From: the human T2T-CHM13v2.0 reference genome, Homo sapiens
DNA: 64,000 nt
Direction: 5' to 3' (one strand)
Assembly (NCBI RefSeq): GCF_009914755.1
Contig: NC_060948.1
The translations under genes were made by a program, and so were the position numbers. Of the stretch, positions 19,706 to 34,400 are shown one piece after another (position 1 is the first letter of the stretch; each line of letters begins with the position of its first letter). The notes under the pieces are model-generated. The model made no database searches and was not told the DNA's origin. It worked only from the letters and a program-made list of their open reading frames with translations.

Positions 19706-22471
19706 AATGGTCTAGTATGCAATGCAATCGACTGGCAGGGAATTAAAAGGAATGCAATCGAATGGATTGCACAGGAATGCAATGGACTCGAATAGATTGG
19801 AAACAGAATGCAAAGGAATGGAATGGAATAGTATGGAATGGAATGGAAAGGAATGGAGTGGAATAGACTAGAGTAGAATGGAATTTACTCGAAAGCAATG
19901 GACTGGAATAGAACTTTCTTGAATGGGCTGGAATCAAACGGAATGGAATGCTGTGCAATCAAATAGAATGAAAGAGAATCAAATCCAATCGAATGGATTG
20001 GAAAGGAATTGACTGAAATGGAATGGACTAGAATGGAAGGCAAAGGAATGGAATCTATAGGAATGGACTGTAATGGAATGGAATGGAAGGGATTGGAATG
20101 GAATCGAATGGAATGGACTGCAATAGAAAGGATTCGAATGGAATGAAAAAGAATTGAATGGAATAGAACAGAATGGAATCAAATCGAATGAAATGGAATG
20201 AAATAGAAAGGATTCGAATGGAATGCAATCGAACGGAATGGAATCGAACGGAATGGAATAAAATGGAAGAAAACTGGCAAGAAATGGAATCGAAATGAAT
20301 GGAGTGTTATGGAACGGACTCAAAAGGAATTGAATGTAATAGAATGGAGTGGAGTGGACTCGAATATAATGGACTGGAATGGAATGAAATCACATGGAAT
20401 GGGAACGAATGGAATGGAATGGAAAGGAATGGAATCGAATGGAAAGGAATCGAATGGAAGGGAATGAAATTGAATCAACAGGAATGGAAGGGAATAGAAT
20501 AGACGGTAATGGAATGGACTCGAATAGAATGGACACGAATGCTCAAATTGAATGGACTCGAATGGAATGGAAACGAAAGGAATGTCATCGAATGTAATTG
20601 AATCGATTGGAATGAAATCGCATAGAATGGAGTGGAATCAAATGGAATTGAGTCGAAAGGAAAGGAAGCGAATGGACTGAAATGAAATGGAATGGAATTG
20701 AATGGAAAGTAATGCAATGGAATAGAATGGAACGAAATTTCACGGAATGGAATCAAACTGAATGGAATCAAATCAATGGAATCAAATCAAATGGAATGGA
20801 AAGGAATTGAATGGAGTAGATGGGATTGGATGGGATTGGAATGAAATGTACTGGAAAGAACTCGAATTTCATGAAACGGAATGGAATGAATTGGAACGGA
20901 ATGGACTCGAATGGAATGGAATGTCATGGAATGGCATCAAATGGAATGGCATCAAATGGAATGGAATCGAATGCAATGGAATGCTATGGAATGGAATGGA
21001 ATGCATTGGAATGGAATGTCCTCTAATGGAATGGATTCGAGTGGAATGGAATCGAATATAATGGAGTCGAATGAAATGGAATTGAAAGGAATGGGACCGA
21101 ATACAATGGAATATACTGGAATGTAATGTAATGAACTCGAATGTAATTGACTGCAATGGAATGTACATGAATGGAATGTAATCGAATGGAAAGTAATCCA
21201 ATGGAATAGAATCTAATGCAATAAAATCGACTCAAATAGAATAGAATGTAATGGAATGGAGTGCAGTGCAATGGAATGGAATGGAATGGAATGCAGTGGA
21301 ATGGAATGGAATGGAATGCAATGGAATGGAATGTATTAGAATGTAATGAACATTAATGGAATGTACTCGAATGGATTCGACTGGAATGGAATGTTCTGGA
21401 AGTTTATGGACTCCAATGGAATAGATTCGAAAGGAATGGAATCGAACGGAATGGAATCTAATGGAATGGAATTAAATGGAAATGAATCAAATTGAATAGC
21501 ACGGAATTGAATTGAATGGAATAGAATGCAATGTAATCTAATGAAACAGAAAGGAAAGGAATGGAATGGAATGGAATGGGCTGGAATGGAATGGAATCGA
21601 AACGAATGGAATGGAATCGAACTAAAGAGACTGGAATGGAATACACTGGAATGGAAGGGAGTGTAATGGAAGGTTCTCGAAAAAAATGGAATCGAATGGA
21701 ATGGAATTGAATGGAACGGAATAGAGTCGAATGGAATTGAATGGAATGGAATGGACTAGAGTGAAATGGAATCGAACCACAAGGAATGGACAGGAATAGA
21801 ATGGTCTCGAATTGAATGGAATCGTATGGAATGGCATCAAACGGAATGGAATGGACAGCCACGGAATGGAATGCACTCGAATGCAATGGAGTCGAAACTA
21901 ATGGACTGGAATAGAATGGACTCGACTGGTACGGACTCCAATGGAATGGAATCGAATGGAAGGGAATCGAACAGAATGGACTCGAAGGGAAAAGACTGCA
22001 ATGGAAAGGTCTCGAATGGAATGGAAATTAATGGAATGGAATGGAATCGAATGAAGTGGAGTCAAAAGGAATGGAATCGAATGGCAAGAAATCGAATGTA
22101 ATGGAATCGCAAGGAATTGATGTGAACGGAACGGAATGGAATGGAATCCAAAGGAATGGAATAGAATGGAATGGAATCAAATGGAAAGGACTCGAATGGA
22201 AATCACTCGAATAGAATGCAATTTCATAAAATAGGATCAAATGTAATGCAATGGAATGGAAAGGAATCGAAACGAAAGGAATGGAGACAGATGGAATGAA
22301 ATGTAACAGAGAGCAATGGTATAGAATGGAATGGAATCATCTGGAATGGAATTGAATGGAATGCAATAACATGAAATGGAATGGAATGGAATGGAATGCC
22401 CTTGAATTAAATGGACTGGAATGGAATGGACTCGAACAGAGTGTAATGGAAAGTGTTGAAATAGAATGGAA
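19693..22471 (+). repeat. Shortened (~2.78 kb) first DYZ1 unit at the array edge
   Basis: The tggactc(c/g)tttggaatggtctagt landmark is at 19693 and 22472 (2779 bp apart), versus 3544 bp to the next copy at 26016. Confidence 0.9.
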
Positions 22472-25400
22472 TGGACTCGTTTGGAATGGTCTAGTATGCA
22501 ATGCAATCGACTGGCAGGGAATCAAAAGGAATGTAATCGAATGGATTGGACTGGAATGCAATGGACTCGAATAGATTGGAAACGGAATGCAAAGGAATGG
22601 AATGGAATAGTATGGAATGGAATGGAAAGGAATGGAGTGGAATAGACTAGAGTGGAATGGAATGGACTCAAAAGCAATGGACTGGAATGGAACTTTCTTG
22701 AATGGACTGGAATCAAACGGAATGGAATGCAATGCAATCAAATGGCATGGAATAAAATAGAATGAAAGAGAATCAAATGGAATTGAATGGAATGGAATCG
22801 AATGGATTGGAAAGGAATAGAATGGAATGGAATGGAATTGACTCAAATGGAATGGACTAGAATGGAATGGATTCGAATGGAAGGCAAAGGAATGGAATCT
22901 ATTGGAATGGACTGTAATGGAATGGAATGGAAGGGATTGGAATGGACTCGAATGGAATGGACTGCAATAGAAAGGATTCGAATGGAATGAAAAAGAATTG
23001 AATGGAATAGAACAGAATGGAATCAAATCGAATGAAATGGAATGGAATAGAAAGGAATGGAATGAAATGGAATGGAAAGGATTCGAATGGAATGCAATCG
23101 AATGGAATGGAATCGAACGGAATGGAATAAAATGGAAGAAAACTGGCAAGAAATGGAATCGAAATGAATGGAGTGTTATGGAACGGACTCAAAAGGAATT
23201 GAATGTAATAGAATTGAGTGAAGTGGACTCGAATATAATGGACTGGAATGGAATGAAATCACATGGAATGGGAACGAATGGAATGGAATGGAAAGGAATG
23301 GAATCGAATGGAAAGGAATGGAATGGAAGGGAATGAAACTGAATCAACAGGAATGGAAGGGAGTAGAATAGACGGTAATGGAATGGACTCGAATAGAATG
23401 GACACGAATGCACAAATTGAATGGACTCGAATGGAATGGAAACGAAAGGAATGTCATCGAATGGAATTGAATCGATTGGAATGAAATCGCATAGAATGGA
23501 GTGGAATCAAATGGAATTGAATCGAAAGGAAAGGAAGCGAATGGACTGAAATGGAATGGAATGGAATGGAAAGTAATGCAATGGAATAGAATGGAACGAA
23601 ATTTCACGGAATGGAATCAAACTGAATAGAATCAAATCAATGGAATATAATCAAATGGAATGGAAAGGAATTGAATGGAGTAGATTGGATTGGATGGGAT
23701 TGGAATGAAATGGAATGGAAAGGACTCGAATTTCATGAAACGGAATGGAATGAATTGGAACGGAATGGACTCGAATGGAATGGAATGTCATGGAATTGCA
23801 TCAAATGGAATGGCATCAAAGGGAATGGAATCGAATGCAATGGAATGCTATGGAATGGAATGGAATGCATTGGAATGGAATGTCCTCTAATGGAATGGAT
23901 TCGAGTGGAATGGAATCGAATATAATGGAGTCGAATGAAATGGAATTGAAAGGAATGGGATCGAATACAATGGAATATACTGGAATGTAACGTAATGAAC
24001 TCGAATGTAATTGACTGGAATGGAATGTACACGAATGGAATGTAATCGAATGGAAAGTAATCCAATGGAATAGAATCTAATGCAATAAAATCGACTCAAA
24101 TAGAATAGAATGCAATGGAATGGAGTGCAGTGCAATGGAATGGAATGGAATGGAATGCAATGGAATGGAATGGAATGGAATGGAATGCAATGGGATGGAA
24201 TGGTATGGAATGGATAGTAATGGACTGGAGTGAAATGGACTGGAAAGGAATGGACTCAAATTGAAAGGTCTCGAAAGGAATGGAGTCAAATGGAATGGTC
24301 TGGAATGGAATGAACACGAATGTAATGCAATCCAATAGAATGGAATCGAATGGCATGGAATATAAAGAAATGGAATCGAAGAGAATGGAAACAAATGGAA
24401 TGGAATTGAATGGAATGGAATTGAATGGAATGGGAACGAATGGAGTGAAATTGTATGCAGTAGAAGAGAATAGAATGGAATGCAAGCGAAAGGAAAGGAA
24501 TGGATTGGAATGGAATGGAATTCATTGGAATGGAAGGGAATGTAGTGTAATGGACAGGCCTGGAATAAAGTGGAATGCTACGGTCTCGAATGGAATAAAA
24601 ATGTATGGAATGGAATGCAATGAAACGGAATCGAATGTCATAGAATGTAATGGAATGCAAAAAAATGGAATCCAAAATCATTGACTGGAAAGGCTGGGTG
24701 TCGAAAGGAATTGACTCCAATGGAATGGAATCGAATGGAATGGAAGTGAATAGAATCGAACTAAATCGAATGGAATGGAATTGATAGGAACGGAATGGAA
24801 AGGAATGCAATGATTTGGCATGGAATGGAATCGAATGGCATCGAATGGAATGGAATGGAATGCAATGGAATGGAATATATTAGAATGTAATGAACTTTAA
24901 TGGAATGTACTCGAATGGATTCGACTGGAATGGAATGTTCTGGAAGTGAATGGACTCCAATGGAATGGATTCGAAAGGAATAGAATCGTACGGAATGGAA
25001 TCTAATGGAATGGAATTAAATGGAAATGAATCAAATTGAATAGCACGGAATTGAATTGAATGGAATGGAATGCAATGGAATCTAATGAAACGGAAAGGAA
25101 AGGAATGGAATGGAATGGAATGGGCTGGAATGGAAAGGAATCGAAACGAATGGAATGGAATCGAACTGAAGAGACTGGAATGGAATGCACTGGAATGGAA
25201 GGGAGTGTAATGGAAGGTTCTCGAAAAAAATGGAATCGAATGGAATGGAATTGAATGGAACGGAATAGAGTCGAATGGAATTGAATGGAATGGAATGGAC
25301 TAGAGTGAAATGGAATCGAACCACAAGGAATGGACAGGAATAGAATGGTCTCGAATTGAATGGAATCGTATGGAATGGCATCAAACGGAATGGAATGGAC

Positions 25401-28400
25401 AGCCACGGAATGGAATGCACTCGAATGCAATGGAGTCGAAACTAATGGACTGGAATAGAATGGACTCGACTGGTACGGACTCCAATGGAATGGAATCGAA
25501 TGCAAGGGAATCGAACGGAATGGACTCGAAGGGAAAAGACTGCAATGGAAAGGTCTCGAATGGAATGGAAATTAATGGAATGGATTGGAATCGAATGAAA
25601 TGGAGTCAAAAGGAATGGAATCGAATGGCAAGAAATCAAATGTAATGGAATCGCAAGGAATTGATGTGAACGGAACGGAATGGAATGGAATCCAAAGGAA
25701 TGGAATAGAATGGAATGGAATCGAATGGAAAGGACTCGAATGGAAATCACTCGAATAGAATGCAATTTAATAAAATAGGATCAAATGTAATGGAATGGAA
25801 TGGAAAGGAATCGAAACGAAAGGAATGGAGACAGATGGAATGGAATGGAACAGAGAGCAATGGTATAGAATGGAATGGAATCATCTGGAATGGAATTGAA
25901 TGGAATGGAATAACATGAAATGGAATGGAATGGAATGGAATGCCCTTGAATTAAATGGACTGGAATGGAATGGACTCGAACAGAGTGGAATGGAAAGTGT
26001 TGAAATATAATGGAATGGACTCCTTTGGAATGGTCTAGTGTGCAATGCAATCGACTGGCAGGGAATCAAAAGGAATGTAATCGAATGGATTGGACTGGAA
26101 TGCAATGGATTCGAATAGATTGGAAACGGAATGCAAAGGAATGGAATGGAATAGTATGGAATGGAATGGAAAGTAATGGAGTGGAATAGACTAGAGTGGA
26201 ATGGAATGGACTGGAAAGCAATGGACTGGAATGGAACTTTCTTGAATGGAGTGGAATCAAACGGAATGGAATGCACTGCAATCAAATGGCATGGAATAAA
26301 ATAGAATGAAAGAGAATCAAACGGAATTGAATCGAATGGAATCGAATGGATTGGAAAGGAATAGAATGGAATGGAATGGAATTGACTCAAATGGAATGGA
26401 CTAGAATGGAATGGATTCGAATGGAAGGCAAAGGAATGGAATCTATTGGAATGGACTGTAATGGAATGGAATGGAAGGGATTGGAATGGACTCGAATGGA
26501 ATGGACTGCAATAGAAAGGATTCGAATGGAATGAAAAAGAATTGAATGGAATAGAACAGAATGGAATCAAATCGAATGAAATTGAATGGAATAGTAAGGA
26601 ATGGAATGAAATGGAATGGAAAGGATTCGAATGGAATGCAATCGAATGGAATGCAATCGAATGGAATGGAATCGAACGGAATGGAATAAAATGGAAGAAA
26701 ACTGGCAAGAAATGGAATCGAAATGAATGGAGTGTTATGGAACGGACTCAAAAGGAATTGAATGTAATAGAATGGAGTGGAGTGGACTCGAATATAATGG
26801 ACTGGAATGGAATGAAATCACATGGAATGGGAACGAATGGAATGGAATGGAAAGGAATGGAATCGAATGGAAAGGAATCGAATGGAAGGGAATGAAATTG
26901 AATCAACAGGAATGGAAGGGAATAGAATAGACGGTAATGGAATGGACTCGAATAGAATGGACACGAATGCTCACATTGAATGGACTCGAGTGGAATGGAA
27001 ACGAAACGAATGTCATCGAATGGAATTGAATCGATTGGAATGAAATCGCATAGAATGGACTGGAATCAAATGGAATTGAGTCGAAAGGAAAGGAAGCGAA
27101 TGGACTGAAATGAAATGGAATGGAATTGAATGGAAAGTAATGCAATGGAATAGAATGGAACGAAATTTCACGGAATGGAATCAAACTGAATGGAATCAAA
27201 TCAATGGAATATAATCAAATGGAATGGAAAGGAATTGAATGGAGTAGATGGGACTGGATGGGATTGGAATGAAATGTACTGGAAAGGACTCGAATTTCAT
27301 GAAACGGAATGGAATGAATTGGAACGGAATGGACTCGATTGGAATGGAATGTCATGGAATGGCATCAAATGGAATGGAATCGAATGCAATGGAATGCTAT
27401 GGAATGGAATGGAATGCATTGGAATGGAATGTCCTCTAATGGAATGGATTCGAGTGGAATGGAATCGAATATAATGGAGTCGAATGAAATGGAATTGAAA
27501 GGAATGGGATCGAATACAATGGAATATACTGGAATGTAACGTAATGAACTCGAATGTAATTGACTGGAATGGAATGTACATGAATGGAATGTAATCGAAT
27601 GGAAAGTAATCCAATGGAATAGAATCTAATGCAATAAAATCGACTCAAATAGAATAGAATGCAATGGAATGGAGTGCAGTGCAATGGAATGGAAGGGAAT
27701 GGAATGCAATGGAATGGAATGTAATGGAATGGAATGGAATGGGATGGAATGGTATGGAATGGATAGTAATGGACTGGAGTGAAATGGACTGGAAAGGAAT
27801 GGACTCAAATTGAAAGGGCTCGAAAGGAATGCAGTCAAATGGAATGATCTGGAATGGAATGAACACGAATGTAATGCAATCCAATAGAATGGAATCGAAT
27901 GGCATGGAATATAAAGAAATGGAATCGAAGAGAATGGAAACAAATGGAATGGAATTGAATGGAATGGAATTGAATGGAATGAGAATGAATGGAGTGAAAT
28001 TGTATGCAGTAGAAGAGAATAGAATGGAATGCAAGCGAAAGGAAAGGAATGGATTGGAATGGAATGGAATTCATTGGAATGGAAGGGAATGTAGTGTAAT
28101 GGACAGGCCTGGAATAAAGTGGAATGCTACGGTCTCGAATGGAATAAAAATGTATGGAATGGAATGCAATGAAACGGAATCGAATGTCATAGAATGTAAT
28201 GGAATGCAAAAAAATGGAATCCAAAATCATTGACTGGAAAGGCTGGGTGTCGAAAGGAATTGACTCCAATGGAATGGAATCGAATGGAATGGAAGTGAAT
28301 AGAATCGAACTAAATCGAATGGAATGGAATTGATAGGAACGGAATGGAAAGGAATGCAATGATTTGGCATGGAATGGAATCGAATGGCATCGAATGGAAT

Positions 28401-31400
28401 GGAATGGAATGCAATGGAATGGAATGTATTAGAATGTAATGAACTTTAATGGAATGTACTCGAATGGATTCGACTGGAATGGAATGTTCTGGAAGTGAAT
28501 GGACTCCAATGGAATGGATTCGAAAGGAATGGAATCGTACGGAATGGAATCTAATGGAATGGAATTAAATGGAAATGAATCAAATTGAATAGCACGGAAC
28601 TGAATTGAATGGAATCGAATGCAATGGAATCTAATGAAACGGAAAGGAAAGGAATGGAATGGAATGGAATGGGCTGGAATGGAATGGAATCGAAACAAAT
28701 GGAATGGAATCGAACTGAAGAGACTGGAATGGAATGCACTGGAATGGAAGGGAGTGTAATGGAAGGTTCTCGAAAAAAATGGAATCGAATGGAATGGAAT
28801 TGAATGGAACGGAATAGAGTCGAATGGAATTGAATGGAATGGAATGGACTAGAGTGAAATGGAATCGAACCACAAGGAATGGACAGGAATAGAATGGTCT
28901 CGAATTGAATGGAATCGTATGGAATGGCATCAAACGGAATGGAATGGACAGCCACGGAATGGAATGCACTCGAATGCAATGGAGTCGAAACTAATGGACT
29001 GGAATAGAATGGACTCGACTGGTACGGACTCCAATGGAATGGAATCGAATGGAAGGGAATCGAACGGAATGGACTCGAAGGCAAAAGACTGCAATGGAAA
29101 GGTGTCGAATGGAATGGAAATTAATGGAATGGAATGGAATCGAATGAAATGGAGTCAAAAGGAATGGAATCGAATGGCAAGAAATCGAATGTAATGGAAT
29201 CGCAAGGAATTGATGTGAACGGAACGGAATGGAATGGAATCCAAAGGAATGGAATAGAATGGAATGGAATCGAATGGAAAGGACTCGAATGGAAATCACT
29301 CGAATAGAATGCAATTTAATAAAATAGGATCAAATGTAATGGAATGGAATGGAAAGGAATCGAAACGAAAGGAATGGAGACAGATGGAATGGAATGGAAC
29401 AGAGAGCAATGGTATAGAATGGAATGGAATCATCTGGAATGGAATTGAATGGAATGGAATAACATGAAATGGAATGGAATGGAATGGAATGCCTTTGAAT
29501 TAAATGGACTGGAATGGAATGGTCTCGAACAGAGTGGAATGGAAAGTATTGGAATAGAATGGAATGGACTCGTTTGGAATGGTGTAGTATGCAATGCAAT
29601 CGACTGGCAGGGAATCAAAAGGAATGTAATCGAATGGATTGGACTGGAATGCAATGGACTCGAATAGATTGGAAACGGAATGCAAAGGAATGGAATGGAA
29701 TAGTATGGAATGGAATGGAAAGGAATGGAGTGGAATAGACTAGAGTGGAATGGAATGGACTGGAAAGCAATGGACTGGAATGGAACTTTCTTGAATGGAC
29801 TGGAATCAAACGGAATGGAATGCAATGCAATCAAATGGCATGGAATAAAATAGAATGAAAGAGAATCAAATGGAATTGAATCGAATGGAATCGAATGGAT
29901 TGGAAAGGAATAGAATGGAATGGAATGGAATTGACTCAAATGGAATGGACTAGAATGGAATGGATTCGAATGGAAGGCAAAGGAATGGAATCTATTGGAA
30001 TGGACTGTAATGGAATGGAATGGAAGGGATTGGAATGGACTCGAATGGAATGGACTGCAATAGAAAGGATTCGAATGGAATGAAAAAGAATTGAATGGAA
30101 TAGAACAGAATGGAATCAAATCGAATGAAATGGAATGGAATAGAAAGGAATGGAATGAAATGGAATGGAAAGGATTTGAATGGAATGCAATCGAATGGAA
30201 TGGAATCGAACGGAAAGGAATAAAATGGAAGAAAACTGGCAAGAAATGGAATCGAAATGAATGGAGTGTTATGGAACGGACTCAAAAGGAATTGAATGTA
30301 ATAGAATTGAGTGAAGTGGACTCGAATATAATGGACTGGAATGGAATGAAATCACATGGAATGGGAACGAATGGAATGGAATGGAAAGGAATGGAATCGA
30401 ATGGAAAGGAATGGAATGGAAGGGAATGAAACTGAATCAACAGGAATGGAAGGGAGTAGAATAGACGGTAATGGAATGGACTCGAATAGAATGGACACGA
30501 ATGCACAAATTGAATGGACTCGAATGGAATGGAAACGAAAGGAATGTCATCGAATGGAATTGAATCGATTGGAATGAAATCGCATAGAATGGAGTGGAAT
30601 CAAATGGAATTGAATCGAAAGGAAAGGAAGCGAATGGACTGAAATGGAATGGAATGGAATGGAAAGTAATGCAATGGAATAGAATGGAACGAAATTTCAC
30701 GGAATGGAATCAAACTGAATAGAATCAAATCAATGGAATATAATCAAAAGGAATGGAAAGGAATTGAATGGAGTAGATTGGATTGGATGGGATTGGAATG
30801 AAATGGAATGGAAAGGACTCGAATTTCATGAAACGGAATGGAATGAATTGGAACGGAATGGACTCGAATGGAATGGAATGTCATGGAATTGCATCAAATG
30901 GAATGGCATCAAAGGGAATGGAATCGAATGCAATGGAATGCTATGGAATGGAATGGAATGCATTGGAATGGAATGTCCTCTAATGGAATGGATTCGAGTG
31001 GAATGGAATCGAATATAATGGAGTCGAATGAAATGGAATTGAAAGGAATGGGATCGAATACAATGGAATATACTGGAATGTAACGTAATGAACTCGAATG
31101 TAATTGACTGGAATGGAATGTACACGAATGGAATGTAATCGAATGGAAAGTAATCCAATGGAATAGAATCTAATGCAATAAAATCGACTCAAATAGAATA
31201 GAATGCAATGGAATGGAGTGCAGTGCAATGGAATGGAATGGAATGGAATGCAATGGAATGGAATGGAATGGAATGGAATGCAATGGGATGGAATGGTATG
31301 GAATGGATAGTAATGGACTGGAGTGAAATGGACTGGAAAGGAATGGACTCAAATTGAAAGGTCTCGAAAGGAATGGAGTCAAATGGAATGGTCTGGAATG

Positions 31401-34400
31401 GAATGAACACGAATGTAATGCAATCCAATAGAATGGAATCGAATGGCATGGAATATAAAGAAATGGAATCGAAGAGAATGGAAACAAATGGAATGGAATT
31501 GAATGGAATGGAATTGAATGGAATGGGAACGAATGGAGTGAAATTGTATGCAGTAGAAGAGAATAGAATGGAATGCAAGCGAAAGGAAAGGAATGGATTG
31601 GAATGGAATGGAATTCATTGGAATGGAAGGGAATGTAGTGTAATGGACAGGCCTGGAATAAAGTGGAATGCTACGGTCTCGAATGGAATAAAAATGTATG
31701 GAATGGAATGCAATGAAACGGAATCGAATGTCATAGAATGTAATGGAATGCAAAAAAATGGAATCCAAAATCATTGACTGGAAAGGCTGGGTGTCGAAAG
31801 GAATTGACTCCAATGGAATGGAATCGAATGGAATGGAAGTGAATAGAATCGAACTAAATCGAATGGAATGGAATTGATAGGAACGGAATGGAAAGGAATG
31901 CAATGATTTGGCATGGAATGGAATCGAATGGCATCGAATGGAATGGAATGGAATGCAATGGAATGGAATATATTAGAATGTAATGAACTTTAATGGAATG
32001 TACTCGAATGGATTCGACTGGAATGGAATGTTCTGGAAGTGAATGGACTCCAATGGAATGGATTCGAAAGGAATAGAATCGTACGGAATGGAATCTAATG
32101 GAATGGAATTAAATGGAAATGAATCAAATTGAATAGCACGGAATTGAATTGAATGGAATGGAATGCAATGGAATCTAATGAAACGGAAAGGAAAGGAATG
32201 GAATGGAATGGAATGGGCTGGAATGGAAAGGAATCGAAACGAATGGAATGGAATCGAACTGAAGAGACTGGAATGGAATGCACTGGAATGGAAGGGAGTG
32301 TAATGGAAGGTTCTCGAAAAAAATGGAATCGAATGGAATGGAATTGAATGGAACGGAATAGAGTCGAATGGAATTGAATGGAATGGAATGGACTAGAGTG
32401 AAATGGAATCGAACCACAAGGAATGGACAGGAATAGAATGGTCTCGAATTGAATGGAATCGTATGGAATGGCATCAAACGGAATGGAATGGACAGCCACG
32501 GAATGGAATGCACTCGAATGCAATGGAGTCGAAACTAATGGACTGGAATAGAATGGACTCGACTGGTACGGACTCCAATGGAATGGAATCGAATGCAAGG
32601 GAATCGAACGGAATGGACTCGAAGGGAAAAGACTGCAATGGAAAGGTCTCGAATGGAATGGAAATTAATGGAATGGATTGGAATCGAATGAAATGGAGTC
32701 AAAAGGAATGGAATCGAATGGCAAGAAATCAAATGTAATGGAATCGCAAGGAATTGATGTGAACGGAACGGAATGGAATGGAATCCAAAGGAATGGAATA
32801 GAATGGAATGGAATCGAATGGAAAGGACTCGAATGGAAATCACTCGAATAGAATGCAATTTAATAAAATAGGATCAAATGTAATGGAATGGAATGGAAAG
32901 GAATCGAAATGAAAGGAATGGAGACAGATGGAATGGAATGGAACAGAGAGCAATGGTATAGAATGGAATGGAATCATCTGGAATGGAATTGAATGGAATG
33001 GAATAACATGAAATGGAATGGAATGGAATGGAATGCCCTTGAATTAAATGGACTGGAATGGAATGGACTCGAACAGAGTGGAATGGAAAGTGTTGAAATA
33101 TAATGGAATGGACTCCTTTGGAATGGTCTAGTATGCAATGCAATCGACTGGCAGGGAATCAAAAGGAATGTAATCGAATGGATTGGACTGGAATGCAATG
33201 GATTCGAATAGATTGGAAACGGAATGCAAAGGAATGGAATGGAATAGTATGGAATGGAATGGAAAGTAATGGAGTGGAATAGACTAGAGTGGAATGGAAT
33301 GGACTGGAAAGCAATGGACTGGAATGGAACTTTCTTGAATGGAGTGGAATCAAACGGAATGGAATGCACTGCAATCAAATGGCATGGAATAAAATAGAAT
33401 GAAAGAGAATCAAACGGAATTGAATCGAATGGAATCGAATGGATTGGAAAGGAATAGAATGGAATGGAATGGAATTGACTCAAATGGAATGGACTAGAAT
33501 GGAATGGATTCGAATGGAAGGCAAAGGAATGGAATCTATTGGAATGGACTGTAATGGAATGGAATGGAAGGGATTGGAATGGACTCGAATGGAATGGACT
33601 GCAATAGAAAGGATTCGAATGGAATGAAAAAGAATTGAATGGAACAGAACAGAATGGAATCAAATCGAATGAAATTGAATGGAATAGTAAGGAATGGAAT
33701 GAAATGGAATGGAAAGGATTCGAATGGAATGCAATCGAATGGAATGCAATCGAATGGAATGGAATCGAACGGAATGGAATAAAATGGAAGAAAACTGGCA
33801 AGAAATGGAATCGAAATGAATGGAGTGTTATGGAACGGACTCAAAAGGAATTGAATGTAATAGAATGGAGTGGAGTGGACTCGAATATAATGGACTGGAA
33901 TGGAATGAAATCACATGGAATGGGAACGAATGGAATGGAATGGAAAGGAATGGAATCGAATGGAAAGGAATCGAATGGAAGGGAATGAAATTGAATCAAC
34001 AGGAATGGAAGGGAATAGAATAGACGGTAATGGAATGGACTCGAATAGAATGGACACGAATGCTCACATTGAATGGACTCGAGTGGAATGGAAACGAAAC
34101 GAATGTCATCGAATGGAATTGAATCGATTGGAATGAAATCGCATAGAATGGACTGGAATCAAATGGAATTGAGTCGAAAGGAAAGGAAGCGAATGGACTG
34201 AAATGAAATGGAATGGAATTGAATGGAAAGTAATGCAATGGAATAGAATGGAACGAAATTTCACGGAATGGAATCAAACTGAATGGAATCAAATCAATGG
34301 AATATAATCAAATGGAATGGAAAGGAATTGAATGGAGTAGATGGGACTGGATGGGATTGGAATGAAATGTACTGGAAAGGACTCGAATTTCATGAAACGG

